From: Escherichia phage vB_EcoM_ESCO8 | Reading direction: 5' to 3' (one strand) | DNA: 64,000 nucleotides | Sequence record: OM386653.1 | Program-made: the position numbers and the translations under genes | In this document: positions 18,240 to 25,962 of the stretch, one piece after another | Layout: every line of letters starts with the position of its first letter | Position numbering within the stretch: position 1 is the first letter of the stretch | The notes under the pieces: model-generated | Seen by the model: only the letters and a program-made list of their open reading frames with translations | Told to the model about the DNA's origin: nothing | The model's database searches: none

Positions 18240-18262
18240 GCGCCCTTCGGGGCGCATATTTT
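18240..18262 (+). terminator. intrinsic terminator (gcgccc-TTCG-gggcgc) plus T-rich tail
   Basis: Perfect 6-bp GC stem with TTCG tetraloop followed by atattttaaat. Confidence 0.7.
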
Positions 18263-18282
18263 AAATAGAAGAGGAGAAAACA

Positions 18283-18885
18283 ATGGGTATTACTTTAGAA
18301 GGTCAAAAACTTATTCGCAGCGGTAATTTTCTTGTGGATATTGACAACAATGAAGATTATGCTTTAGAAGTTAGTGATGTACTGTTTAATGCTTTGCAGT
18401 CTGGTTTCAATTTTGAAGTTTATGAAGTAATCCGTGGAACTAAACTCAGAGAAACCCTTGGATCAACTAGTGATGTTTATTCTGCGATCTGGCAATATTT
18501 CGGGTTAATGGATGGTAAGACATACCTTACTGATAGTTATTCTGAAGATGTTGTTTATCTTGATATGGAAGAGTTTCGTCGTCTGTTCAAAAGTGAAGAA
18601 AATGAAGAAGAGGGTGAACTTTTTGAAGGAATTACTCTCGAAGGTAATGTTGAAATTGTGTATAAAGCAGGAAAAACATTCCACTTGCGTGAAAACGGTA
18701 AAGCAAAAGTTGATTTTGTAAACAAGACAGTAACAACTGAACATAATTATCTTAAAGATGGTCAACCAGCTTTTGAACGTGTAACAATTAAATTTAAAGT
18801 ATTGTCTGCACTAGTTACGGATCAAGAACGTATTGATTTTGTAGAAGATGGTGTAGTAACTCATACAAAGGTTTACAACATCTAA
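18283..18885 (+). CDS. hypothetical protein
   Basis: 200-aa ORF behind GAGGAGAAAA; internal echo GITLEG appears twice. Confidence 0.5.
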   Translation: MGITLEGQKLIRSGNFLVDIDNNEDYALEVSDVLFNALQSGFNFEVYEVIRGTKLRETLGSTSDVYSAIWQYFGLMDGKTYLTDSYSEDVVYLDMEEFRRLFKSEENEEEGELFEGITLEGNVEIVYKAGKTFHLRENGKAKVDFVNKTVTTEHNYLKDGQPAFERVTIKFKVLSALVTDQERIDFVEDGVVTHTKVYNI

Positions 18886-18917
18886 CAGGGTGTAAGAGGG
18901 GGATAATCCCCCTCCAC

Positions 18918-18946
18918 TTGCAAAACAGCCTCTTCTGTGTTACAAT
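18918..18946 (+). promoter_or_regulatory. sigma70-like promoter (TTGCAA-17-TGtTACAAT, extended -10)
   Basis: -35 at 18918-18923, TG at 18938-18939, -10 at 18941-18946; upstream of the SleB-like hydrolase gene. Confidence 0.5.
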
Positions 18947-18977
18947 AAAAGTTCGTTTAACAAAATAGGAGGCAAGT

Positions 18978-19487
18978 TTGTCAATAAAAACCTTTGTCGC
19001 AATTGCGTTACTATCCTTAACTGCTTTTACATTTACACCTGTTGTGGCGCAAGCCGAAGCTGCAAACGTAAAAACTGCTAAAGTAGTTCACAAGTGTACA
19101 AAGCGTGATAGTAAAGAAAATCTATTAGCTTGTGCAATCTATGCAGAAAGTCGTAATCAAGGAAAGCGAGGTATGTCTGCTGTTGGTAATGTAGTATTGA
19201 ATAGGGCTAGAGATTCATATTTCCCTGATACTATAAAAGAAGTTTTGTTTCAAAAAGGACAATTCTCTTACACAAAGACATTCAACGTTATGGAACGTGA
19301 TAAGTGGAAGGAAGCTAAGACTATAGCAGAACGTCTACGTTATCTCGATACGCATTTTCCAGAATTACGAATTGCATTAGATATTACAAAAGGAGCATTA
19401 TACTTTAAAAAATCTACAATAAGAGCACACTGGGAAAAAGATATGGTTCTAGTGTACCGCTACAAAGAACATCAATTCTATCGCTAA
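18978..19487 (+). CDS. secreted cell-wall hydrolase, SleB/CwlJ (Hydrolase_2) family
   Basis: Signal peptide ending VVAQA; conserved blocks LLACAIYAESRNQGKRGMSAVGNVVLNRA and VLFQKGQFSYT; TTG start behind AGGAGG. Confidence 0.65.
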   Translation: MSIKTFVAIALLSLTAFTFTPVVAQAEAANVKTAKVVHKCTKRDSKENLLACAIYAESRNQGKRGMSAVGNVVLNRARDSYFPDTIKEVLFQKGQFSYTKTFNVMERDKWKEAKTIAERLRYLDTHFPELRIALDITKGALYFKKSTIRAHWEKDMVLVYRYKEHQFYR

Positions 19488-19497
19488 GGAGATATAG

Positions 19498-19776
19498 ATG
19501 AAAGATGGCGTTATCGTTGCAAGTTATCTTGTTATTGGTCTTACAGAAGAGGATGTACATTACATTAGGAAACATTTAGAACAGTTTGCAATGATGTTCA
19601 TCGAAGACGAAGACAATATGGATGTTTATTCAATTGAAATGATCAATGATAACGTCTATCCTTGTATAGCTTTACGAGTCGATGAAGATGTTTGGGAACG
19701 TTTTTCACGTAGTCACGATAATGTTGAATGTTCTATGGTTATGTCACAAAGCAACATACTGGGAGTGTTACACTGA
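19498..19776 (+). CDS. hypothetical small acidic protein
   Basis: 92-aa ORF behind AGGAGA. Confidence 0.45.
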   Translation: MKDGVIVASYLVIGLTEEDVHYIRKHLEQFAMMFIEDEDNMDVYSIEMINDNVYPCIALRVDEDVWERFSRSHDNVECSMVMSQSNILGVLH

Positions 19777-20006
19777 TGGCTGATGTTATTGAAGTTAACT
19801 TTAAAACAAAAAAGAAAGTTGATAAGTATACAATCTTAAAAAATATTTGCGTTGTGTGCTTCAATTCTGTAATATATGACTCACGTAAGGGCGAAAATGA
19901 AAATGAACCTTACATCCAGATTTCTAAAGGTAAAGGGCAGTGTATCTGCAAAAACTGTGCTGTAGCAATTAAGGAGGTTGTAGATGAAAACCATTGGGAT
20001 CAATGA
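19776..20006 (+). CDS. small zinc-ribbon protein
   Basis: CVVC ... CICKNC four-Cys pattern; ATG overlaps the upstream stop (TGATG). Confidence 0.4.
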   Translation: MADVIEVNFKTKKKVDKYTILKNICVVCFNSVIYDSRKGENENEPYIQISKGKGQCICKNCAVAIKEVVDENHWDQ

Positions 20007-20178
20007 TACTGGCGAAGTTGTAAAATCTTGGGATGATCTTAGTGGTATCCCTACAGATAAATTGATTAAACTGCGTGATGTTTGTCGTGATCATCTTAAT
20101 GAAACGTATAAAGAGTATATGGAAGCACGAGATCACAGTTTAGCTATCCAAATGGAACTCGCAAAACGTAATCAATAG
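19984..20178 (+). CDS. hypothetical small protein
   Basis: 64-aa ORF behind AAGGAGG. Confidence 0.4.
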   Translation: MKTIGINDTGEVVKSWDDLSGIPTDKLIKLRDVCRDHLNETYKEYMEARDHSLAIQMELAKRNQ

Positions 20179-20235
20179 GTAAAACCATTTAGACTTTTTA
20201 GTCTAAAAATGCTAAAGTAATAATACGGAGGGAGT

Positions 20236-20799
20236 ATGATATTTCACATAACTCCCTATCTTTCTGGAGATATTGGAAAAGGTATCAATGACACAATAAG
20301 TGTCTTACCAGAAGATAGTTGGATTTGCCTAAGAGACATTGATACAATGTTTCTTCTTCCAGAACAACCTGCTTGGCTGGAATCAATAGTCCGTTCAAAT
20401 CCTGATTTTGATGTTCTTGGTGCATCTTGTAATAGATTGGGATCAACATATCAATTATTTAATAATGAAAGAAGTGAAGATCCGAATATACTACACCACA
20501 TTGAGATTGCAAAAAGAGCACATCTAGAATGGGGAAACTCAATAGAGGAAGTACCTACAGATGCTATCTTAGCAGGATTCTTTCTTCTCTTTCGTAAGAG
20601 TCTGTGGAATGAAATCCCTTTTGAGGAAAGATCAATACAGTTTGATATAATTTTCTCTAAAGCATTGCACGCTAACAATAAAAGGCTAGGTTTACTACGT
20701 GGGTTATATTTATTTCACACATACCGTTTAGGTAATGATGATCCTAGAAAAGCTATTTCACACCTTTTACATTGTCAAGACATGAATAAAATTATTTAA
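20236..20799 (+). CDS. hypothetical protein, possibly nucleotide-sugar transferase-like
   Basis: DxD-like LRDIDTMF; AT-rich codon usage; assignment weak. Confidence 0.3.
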   Translation: MIFHITPYLSGDIGKGINDTISVLPEDSWICLRDIDTMFLLPEQPAWLESIVRSNPDFDVLGASCNRLGSTYQLFNNERSEDPNILHHIEIAKRAHLEWGNSIEEVPTDAILAGFFLLFRKSLWNEIPFEERSIQFDIIFSKALHANNKRLGLLRGLYLFHTYRLGNDDPRKAISHLLHCQDMNKII

Positions 20800-20808
20800 G
20801 GAGTTATT

Positions 20809-21495
20809 TTGGAAAATACAAAAATTGGTGTTGGTGTTATTACTGTAGGTAAGCGTCCTCTTAAAGATTATCTTGTGACTGATCCTAATGCTACTTTTGT
20901 TGTACAGTATGATCGGGAGCGAAAAGGTGTTGCATATGCTCGTAATGAACTGATGAAAAAGTTTTATGATGAAGGGTATGATTACTGGTTTATTTTTGAT
21001 GATGATTGCTATCCTGTTGTTCAAGGTTGGGAAACATATTTTGTAAAACAGGCGAAGGAAAATGGTTGGGATTTCTTTGGTATGCCTGAATACTTTAAAG
21101 ATAAAGTAAAAGGTATTGAAGGGGAAGTGGTTATTTGGGAACTAGGTATGTGCCAGTTTGGTATGTATTCCCGTGCAGTTATTGAGAAAGCTGGCTATTT
21201 CCGCTCATACACCCACGGTTATGGATATGAAGATGCAGAGTGGATTCATCGCGTTCCACTGGCAGGTTTGAACCGAGGTATTCAAGGCGTGCCATGTCCT
21301 ATTCGAATTATGGCGTTTATCCATCCTGATGATGTATTTGGAGACAATCCTTTACCTTTTGCGAATCTGTCAAAAGAAGAGAAAGAACAGGGGATTGGTG
21401 TAAACTGGGAACAATATAAACAATCCTTGGAGGATCTTCGCAATGGTAAAACTTTTATCTCTTATGAGGAGGCTCAAAAATATGGTAAATCCTAA
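20809..21495 (+). CDS. glycosyltransferase, family 2-like (GT-A fold)
   Basis: Pattern GVAYARNELMKKFYDEGYDYWFIFDDDCYP matches the GT2 block (ARN...G.dY..f.DdD); TTG start behind AAGGAG. Confidence 0.5.
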   Translation: MENTKIGVGVITVGKRPLKDYLVTDPNATFVVQYDRERKGVAYARNELMKKFYDEGYDYWFIFDDDCYPVVQGWETYFVKQAKENGWDFFGMPEYFKDKVKGIEGEVVIWELGMCQFGMYSRAVIEKAGYFRSYTHGYGYEDAEWIHRVPLAGLNRGIQGVPCPIRIMAFIHPDDVFGDNPLPFANLSKEEKEQGIGVNWEQYKQSLEDLRNGKTFISYEEAQKYGKS

Positions 21496-22456
21496 TACTC
21501 CTGTACTTAAGTGTGATAATAAGTTAGGCAGTGGTTGTGATTACCATCGTATTGTAATGCCATTTGCTGGAAATACGTTTAAACCTAAGAAAGACGTTTT
21601 AGTTTTTAATAGAGTGTATTCTCGTGGAGCAGACGAGGTTAAACGCCTGAAGGCACAAGGTGTTAAGATTATTGTTGATTTAGATGACTTTTATTCACTT
21701 AATCCTGAACATTATATGGCTGGCGTATTTACTAATCATTCAAAGACTATTGTAGAGATGGTTAAGTTAGCAGATGTTGTTACTGTAACAACAGAATACC
21801 TAGCTTACAAAATTCGTCATTTAAATCGTAATGTTGTCGTAATTAGAAACGCACTACCTTACGACGAAGGTCAATTTACTTTGACAAAAGACCGTAATTC
21901 TGACACGCCTATTATCTGGGCTGGAGGAGCAAGCCACGAGCCTGATTTATCTCTTGTAGCTAATACATTTGATGATACACTATTGACAATTGCAGGGTAT
22001 GAAGTGTATCCTTCTGCACCTGTTGGAAATAACAGTCAGTATCTAACTACTGCGGAGTGGGTTAAAATAAAACGTAAAATTCCAAATGCACAGTATAAAC
22101 CAGCTATTAAAAATTTAGGTGAGTATATGTCTGTGTATGACGGTCACAGCATTGCAATTGCTCCCCTGGTAGATAATGACTTCAACAACTGTAAAAGCAA
22201 TTTGAAGATTTTGGAAGCAGGTGCAAAGGGTCTTCCTATTATCTGTTCTCCTGTGCTGCCGTACTTCAATCCGGTAGATGCAAAGGCTGTTATCTATGCA
22301 GACTCTAAAGCATCTTGGCATTATGAAGTTGTCAAGCTAATGAGGAACCCTAGATACACAGAAGATCGTGGTATGATGCTTGCAGAACACGTTCGTCTTA
22401 ATTATAATCTTGCAGATGCCAATGAACTGCGTCGTCAAGTTATTGAAAGTCTTTAA
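21482..22456 (+). CDS. glycosyltransferase (GT-B fold), paralogue 1
   Basis: C-terminal block NNCKSNLKILEAGAKGLPIICSP (GT1-type E..G.P motif); start at ATG 21482 behind GAGGAGG; clear paralogy with the next gene. Confidence 0.5.
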   Translation: MVNPNTPVLKCDNKLGSGCDYHRIVMPFAGNTFKPKKDVLVFNRVYSRGADEVKRLKAQGVKIIVDLDDFYSLNPEHYMAGVFTNHSKTIVEMVKLADVVTVTTEYLAYKIRHLNRNVVVIRNALPYDEGQFTLTKDRNSDTPIIWAGGASHEPDLSLVANTFDDTLLTIAGYEVYPSAPVGNNSQYLTTAEWVKIKRKIPNAQYKPAIKNLGEYMSVYDGHSIAIAPLVDNDFNNCKSNLKILEAGAKGLPIICSPVLPYFNPVDAKAVIYADSKASWHYEVVKLMRNPRYTEDRGMMLAEHVRLNYNLADANELRRQVIESL

Positions 22457-22467
22457 CAAGGAGTTAT

Positions 22468-23412
22468 ATGCCTAATATTATTCTTGACACACGCGGAAAT
22501 GAAAAGTATAGTGTATGTGATTTTCATAGAATCATTTTGCCATATAAACGCAAACTGACCATTAATCCTAAGCATAATATTTTTGTGTTCAATGGTGTAC
22601 CAACACGTGGAAAGCCAGGTTTCCTGGCTCTTAAACAACTTGGGTTTAAATTGGTAATGGATCTGGATGATTCTTTAATTATTCCTGAAGGACATATGCT
22701 TGAAGGACTATTTGAAAATCAAATCCGAGATGACCTAAAATGGTTTCTTGAAAGAAGCGATCTTGTAACTACAACAACTCCGGCATTAAAGGTTGAATTA
22801 AGCCAATACAATGATAATGTACATATTGTGCCTAACGGACTACCTTTTGATGAAGGACAGTTTGTTCTTACTAAAGATCGTTATTCTAAAAGTCCACTGG
22901 TTTGGGCGGGAAGTGAAACCCATAAACATGATTTAGCAATTCTTCCTGATTTTGGTAAAGATTTAACTTTATGTGGATTTCGTAGAGATCACGAAGAGTT
23001 AAGTAGTGCTCAATGGTTGCAAATTAAAGAAGATATTCAACCAGATTGTGTTTATGAAGGTATTCGTCCTTATGAGTGTTATATGGAAGCATACGATGGT
23101 CATCAAATCTCCATAGCTCCATTAGTAAATAATCATTTTAATAATGCCAAAAGTAATTTAAAAATTCTTGAAGCTGGTGCTAAAGGTTTGCCACTCGTTT
23201 GTTCGCCACGAGAGAACTATTATACTGAAGAATTTAAAGATCTAATCTTCTTTGCTGATTCAGTTAAAGAGTGGAAAGATATTGTAGAATACTTAATCGA
23301 ATCTCCTGATGTTTGTATTGAGAAAGGATTGGCTCTTGCTAAGTATGTAAGAGATAACTACAATATTGATGATTTAAATGAAACCCGCAGACTGCTTATC
23401 GAGGATTTATAA
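22468..23412 (+). CDS. glycosyltransferase (GT-B fold), paralogue 2
   Basis: Shares CD(Y/F)HRI, LTKDR, WAG, NN(C/A)KSNLKILEAGAKGLP and LNE(L/T)RR blocks with paralogue 1. Confidence 0.5.
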   Translation: MPNIILDTRGNEKYSVCDFHRIILPYKRKLTINPKHNIFVFNGVPTRGKPGFLALKQLGFKLVMDLDDSLIIPEGHMLEGLFENQIRDDLKWFLERSDLVTTTTPALKVELSQYNDNVHIVPNGLPFDEGQFVLTKDRYSKSPLVWAGSETHKHDLAILPDFGKDLTLCGFRRDHEELSSAQWLQIKEDIQPDCVYEGIRPYECYMEAYDGHQISIAPLVNNHFNNAKSNLKILEAGAKGLPLVCSPRENYYTEEFKDLIFFADSVKEWKDIVEYLIESPDVCIEKGLALAKYVRDNYNIDDLNETRRLLIEDL

Positions 23413-23681
23413 TGAACACTTTTGATTTTGAGTATAAACAAGATAATAAAGAACCTATTATTGTTGAAGTAGATTACTATTATGAAGAACCTAACCCTTT
23501 CTCACGAGAAAGTGATTGGGATTATTATGGTGGTCTTATTGTTGATGGTATTAGGTTTTATTCTGGTACAAAAGAACTTTTTGATATAGATATTTCCCCA
23601 TCGGAAATTGTTTACCAATTTAAGAAACATATGGAAGATTTGGAAATGCAATATATTATGGAGACAAACGAATCATTTTAG
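23412..23681 (+). CDS. hypothetical small acidic protein
   Basis: 89-aa ORF overlapping the upstream stop (TAATG). Confidence 0.4.
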   Translation: MNTFDFEYKQDNKEPIIVEVDYYYEEPNPFSRESDWDYYGGLIVDGIRFYSGTKELFDIDISPSEIVYQFKKHMEDLEMQYIMETNESF

Positions 23682-23693
23682 TAGGAGAATCCT

Positions 23694-25466
23694 GTGTCTT
23701 ATGTTGTAAATAAATATGGGTATAACATTGATCTAAGTCAAGAAGGACATACTGGGTGTCCTCGTTGTATGAAAGGAGGGCGTGATCGATCACAAAACAA
23801 TTTGATGGTATATGGCTTAGATGCCGATGAAGACCATCGAGGCGCACATTGTTTTTCTTGTGGCTTTACTATCCCTGATCAAAAATGGTTAAATGCACAC
23901 GGCGAAGAAATTGAAGAGGAGGATATCTTGGGTAGTGAGTTTAATCCAGAAGTACATGATAAACTAAAAGCCAGCACTGGAACTAATCCAAAAGGTTATC
24001 GCGGTATTCGTGAAGATATCTCTAAGCCTTTCGGTGTACGTTATATGTACGATGAAGCTACTGGCGAAGTAATTTCAACACTATACCCTACAACTAAAGA
24101 TTACAATATTGCTGGGTATAAACAACGTATCGATCCAAAAGATTTCTCGCATCCTATCGGTGAAACAGGAAAGGATTGTGATCTTTTTGGGGAGTTTAAA
24201 TATCGTAACCACAGCGGTACTATTCTAATCGTTGGTGGTGAACACGATATGCTGGCTGCAACACAGATGCTAAAAGATTATAACAAGGGTGGTAAATATC
24301 CTGTTCCTGCTGTAGTATCTGGTACTTGTGGCGAAACATCTCTGCATAAGCAGCTTCAACATCGTTATAAATTCTTAGATCAATTTAAAAAGATTGTTCT
24401 ATGTATGGATAATGATGAAGCTGGACGTGCAGCAGTTGAGAAATGTGTTAAAATCTTACCACGTAATAAAGTTTACGTGATGGAACTAACGGATGTTAAA
24501 GATCCTAACCAGGCACTAGTAGAAGGAAAAATTGATCATTTTATTGATCGCTTTTTCAAAGCTAAATTGTACACACCTGCTGGTGTTTACGCTTCTAACG
24601 TACTGTATGAAGCAGCCTTGGAATGCCTGGAAGCTAAAATGATCACCCTTCCTCCATTCATGCGTGTTGCTTCTAATATGTTAGGTGGAGGCTTGGTAGA
24701 AGAAGAAATTACTGTTATACTTGCAAAAACAAGTATCGGTAAGACACTGTTGGTTAACGAGATTACAAAGCACATTATTCTTGCACATCCAGAACATACT
24801 CTTGGTATTTTATCTTTGGAGGCAACGTATAAGAAGTATTCTCGTAACTTACTGTCTTCATTCTTGCATATCCCTCTTCACCGTAAAACGAAAGAAGAGA
24901 AGGAAAAGATTTTAAAAGATAATGAAGAAAAGATTCGTGATTTTTACGAACGAGAAGATGGAACACCACGTTTCTATGTTTGTGATGATCGTGGAGCTAA
25001 CGTAGATGTGATTAAAGAGAAGGTTCTGGAAATGATTATTTATTTCGGAGTAACCATTCTTGTTATCGACCCTTATTCTGATTTGCTTTCTGGTATGGAC
25101 GTGTCACAACAAGAGGAACTTGCGACGTGGCTGAAACGCATTATGAAAGAGTATGCAATAACCATTGTTGTAATTTCACACGTTAAAAAGTCTTCTAACA
25201 ATAGTAATGAACATATTGTAGAAGATGATGCAATGGGTAGTAGCTTCCTTGCTAAAGGTGCTGGTATCACAATTGCGCTGGAGCGTGATAAACAAGCTGA
25301 AGATCCTATGGAACGTAACCGCACATATTGCTACATTCTAAAGAACCGTGAGTTCTCAGAGACTGGTGCAGCAGGTAGTTTCTTCTATGAGATTAAAACA
25401 GCTACACTTCACGATTACGATCAATACACAAGTAACCCAGAGAACATCTCTGCTGGTTCTTATTAA
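23694..25466 (+). CDS. bifunctional DNA primase/helicase (T7 gp4-like)
   Basis: N-terminal zinc finger CPRCMKGG...HCFSCG, TOPRIM-like acidic blocks ILIVGGEHD / LCMDNDEAG, DnaB-type Walker A LAKTSIGKT and Walker B LVIDPYSDL; GTG start behind AGGAGA. Confidence 0.85.
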   Translation: MSYVVNKYGYNIDLSQEGHTGCPRCMKGGRDRSQNNLMVYGLDADEDHRGAHCFSCGFTIPDQKWLNAHGEEIEEEDILGSEFNPEVHDKLKASTGTNPKGYRGIREDISKPFGVRYMYDEATGEVISTLYPTTKDYNIAGYKQRIDPKDFSHPIGETGKDCDLFGEFKYRNHSGTILIVGGEHDMLAATQMLKDYNKGGKYPVPAVVSGTCGETSLHKQLQHRYKFLDQFKKIVLCMDNDEAGRAAVEKCVKILPRNKVYVMELTDVKDPNQALVEGKIDHFIDRFFKAKLYTPAGVYASNVLYEAALECLEAKMITLPPFMRVASNMLGGGLVEEEITVILAKTSIGKTLLVNEITKHIILAHPEHTLGILSLEATYKKYSRNLLSSFLHIPLHRKTKEEKEKILKDNEEKIRDFYEREDGTPRFYVCDDRGANVDVIKEKVLEMIIYFGVTILVIDPYSDLLSGMDVSQQEELATWLKRIMKEYAITIVVISHVKKSSNNSNEHIVEDDAMGSSFLAKGAGITIALERDKQAEDPMERNRTYCYILKNREFSETGAAGSFFYEIKTATLHDYDQYTSNPENISAGSY

Positions 25467-25476
25467 GGAGAAAAAT

Positions 25477-25872
25477 ATGAAAGACAACGAAAACATCCTC
25501 TATGGGGTATGCCCTTCTGCTTTAGCGTATGATTATACGAAAACTATTGCTAAGTTTAAATTTCAAGACGGATCAGAATTAGAACCATACGGTTATGCTT
25601 ATGGTGAACATTTGTGGTTTGAGGATGGTTGTCTATACCTTCTCATTCAAACTACCAGTGGTTTTGTGGGAGAGCTTGTAGATCGTATGTTGAAAAATGT
25701 CAGTGATAAAGTTATTCTTGATATCACTAGTAAGGATGAAAACATTAATAACATTGTTTCCACTTTTAATGGTTTGACAGGCACTGTTAAAATTGAACGT
25801 GTAGGCTTGAGAAATACCAATGGTGTCCCTAATTGCCTTATTAAAGTACAACTAAGTGCTGACAATAAATAA
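25477..25872 (+). CDS. hypothetical protein
   Basis: ATG 25477 behind AAGGAGAAAAA; ORF-track start 25348 overlaps the primase gene. Confidence 0.45.
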   Translation: MKDNENILYGVCPSALAYDYTKTIAKFKFQDGSELEPYGYAYGEHLWFEDGCLYLLIQTTSGFVGELVDRMLKNVSDKVILDITSKDENINNIVSTFNGLTGTVKIERVGLRNTNGVPNCLIKVQLSADNK

Positions 25873-25877
25873 CAAGA

Positions 25878-25897
25878 AGGGGCGAAAGCCCCTTTAC
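25878..25897 (+). terminator. intrinsic terminator (aggggc-GAAA-gcccct) plus ttt
   Basis: GC stem with GAAA loop after the 25477-25872 ORF; short T-tract. Confidence 0.5.
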
Positions 25898-25921
25898 AAA
25901 ACAATTAATTTGTGGTACAGT
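25893..25921 (+). promoter_or_regulatory. putative sigma70-like promoter (TTTACA-17-TGgTACAGT) upstream of the DNA polymerase gene
   Basis: -35 at 25893-25898, extended TG at 25913-25914, -10 at 25916-25921; weaker match. Confidence 0.3.
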
Positions 25922-25962
25922 ATTAACAAATTAAGACTTTAGAAATATTTTAAGGAGGGAGA

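Noticed and set aside
20188-20207. AT-rich inverted repeat (tttagact / agtctaaa) after ORF 19984-20178 considered as terminator or promoter
   Set aside because: The stem is AT-rich and weak, with an A-tract rather than a T-tract downstream; not reported as a feature.
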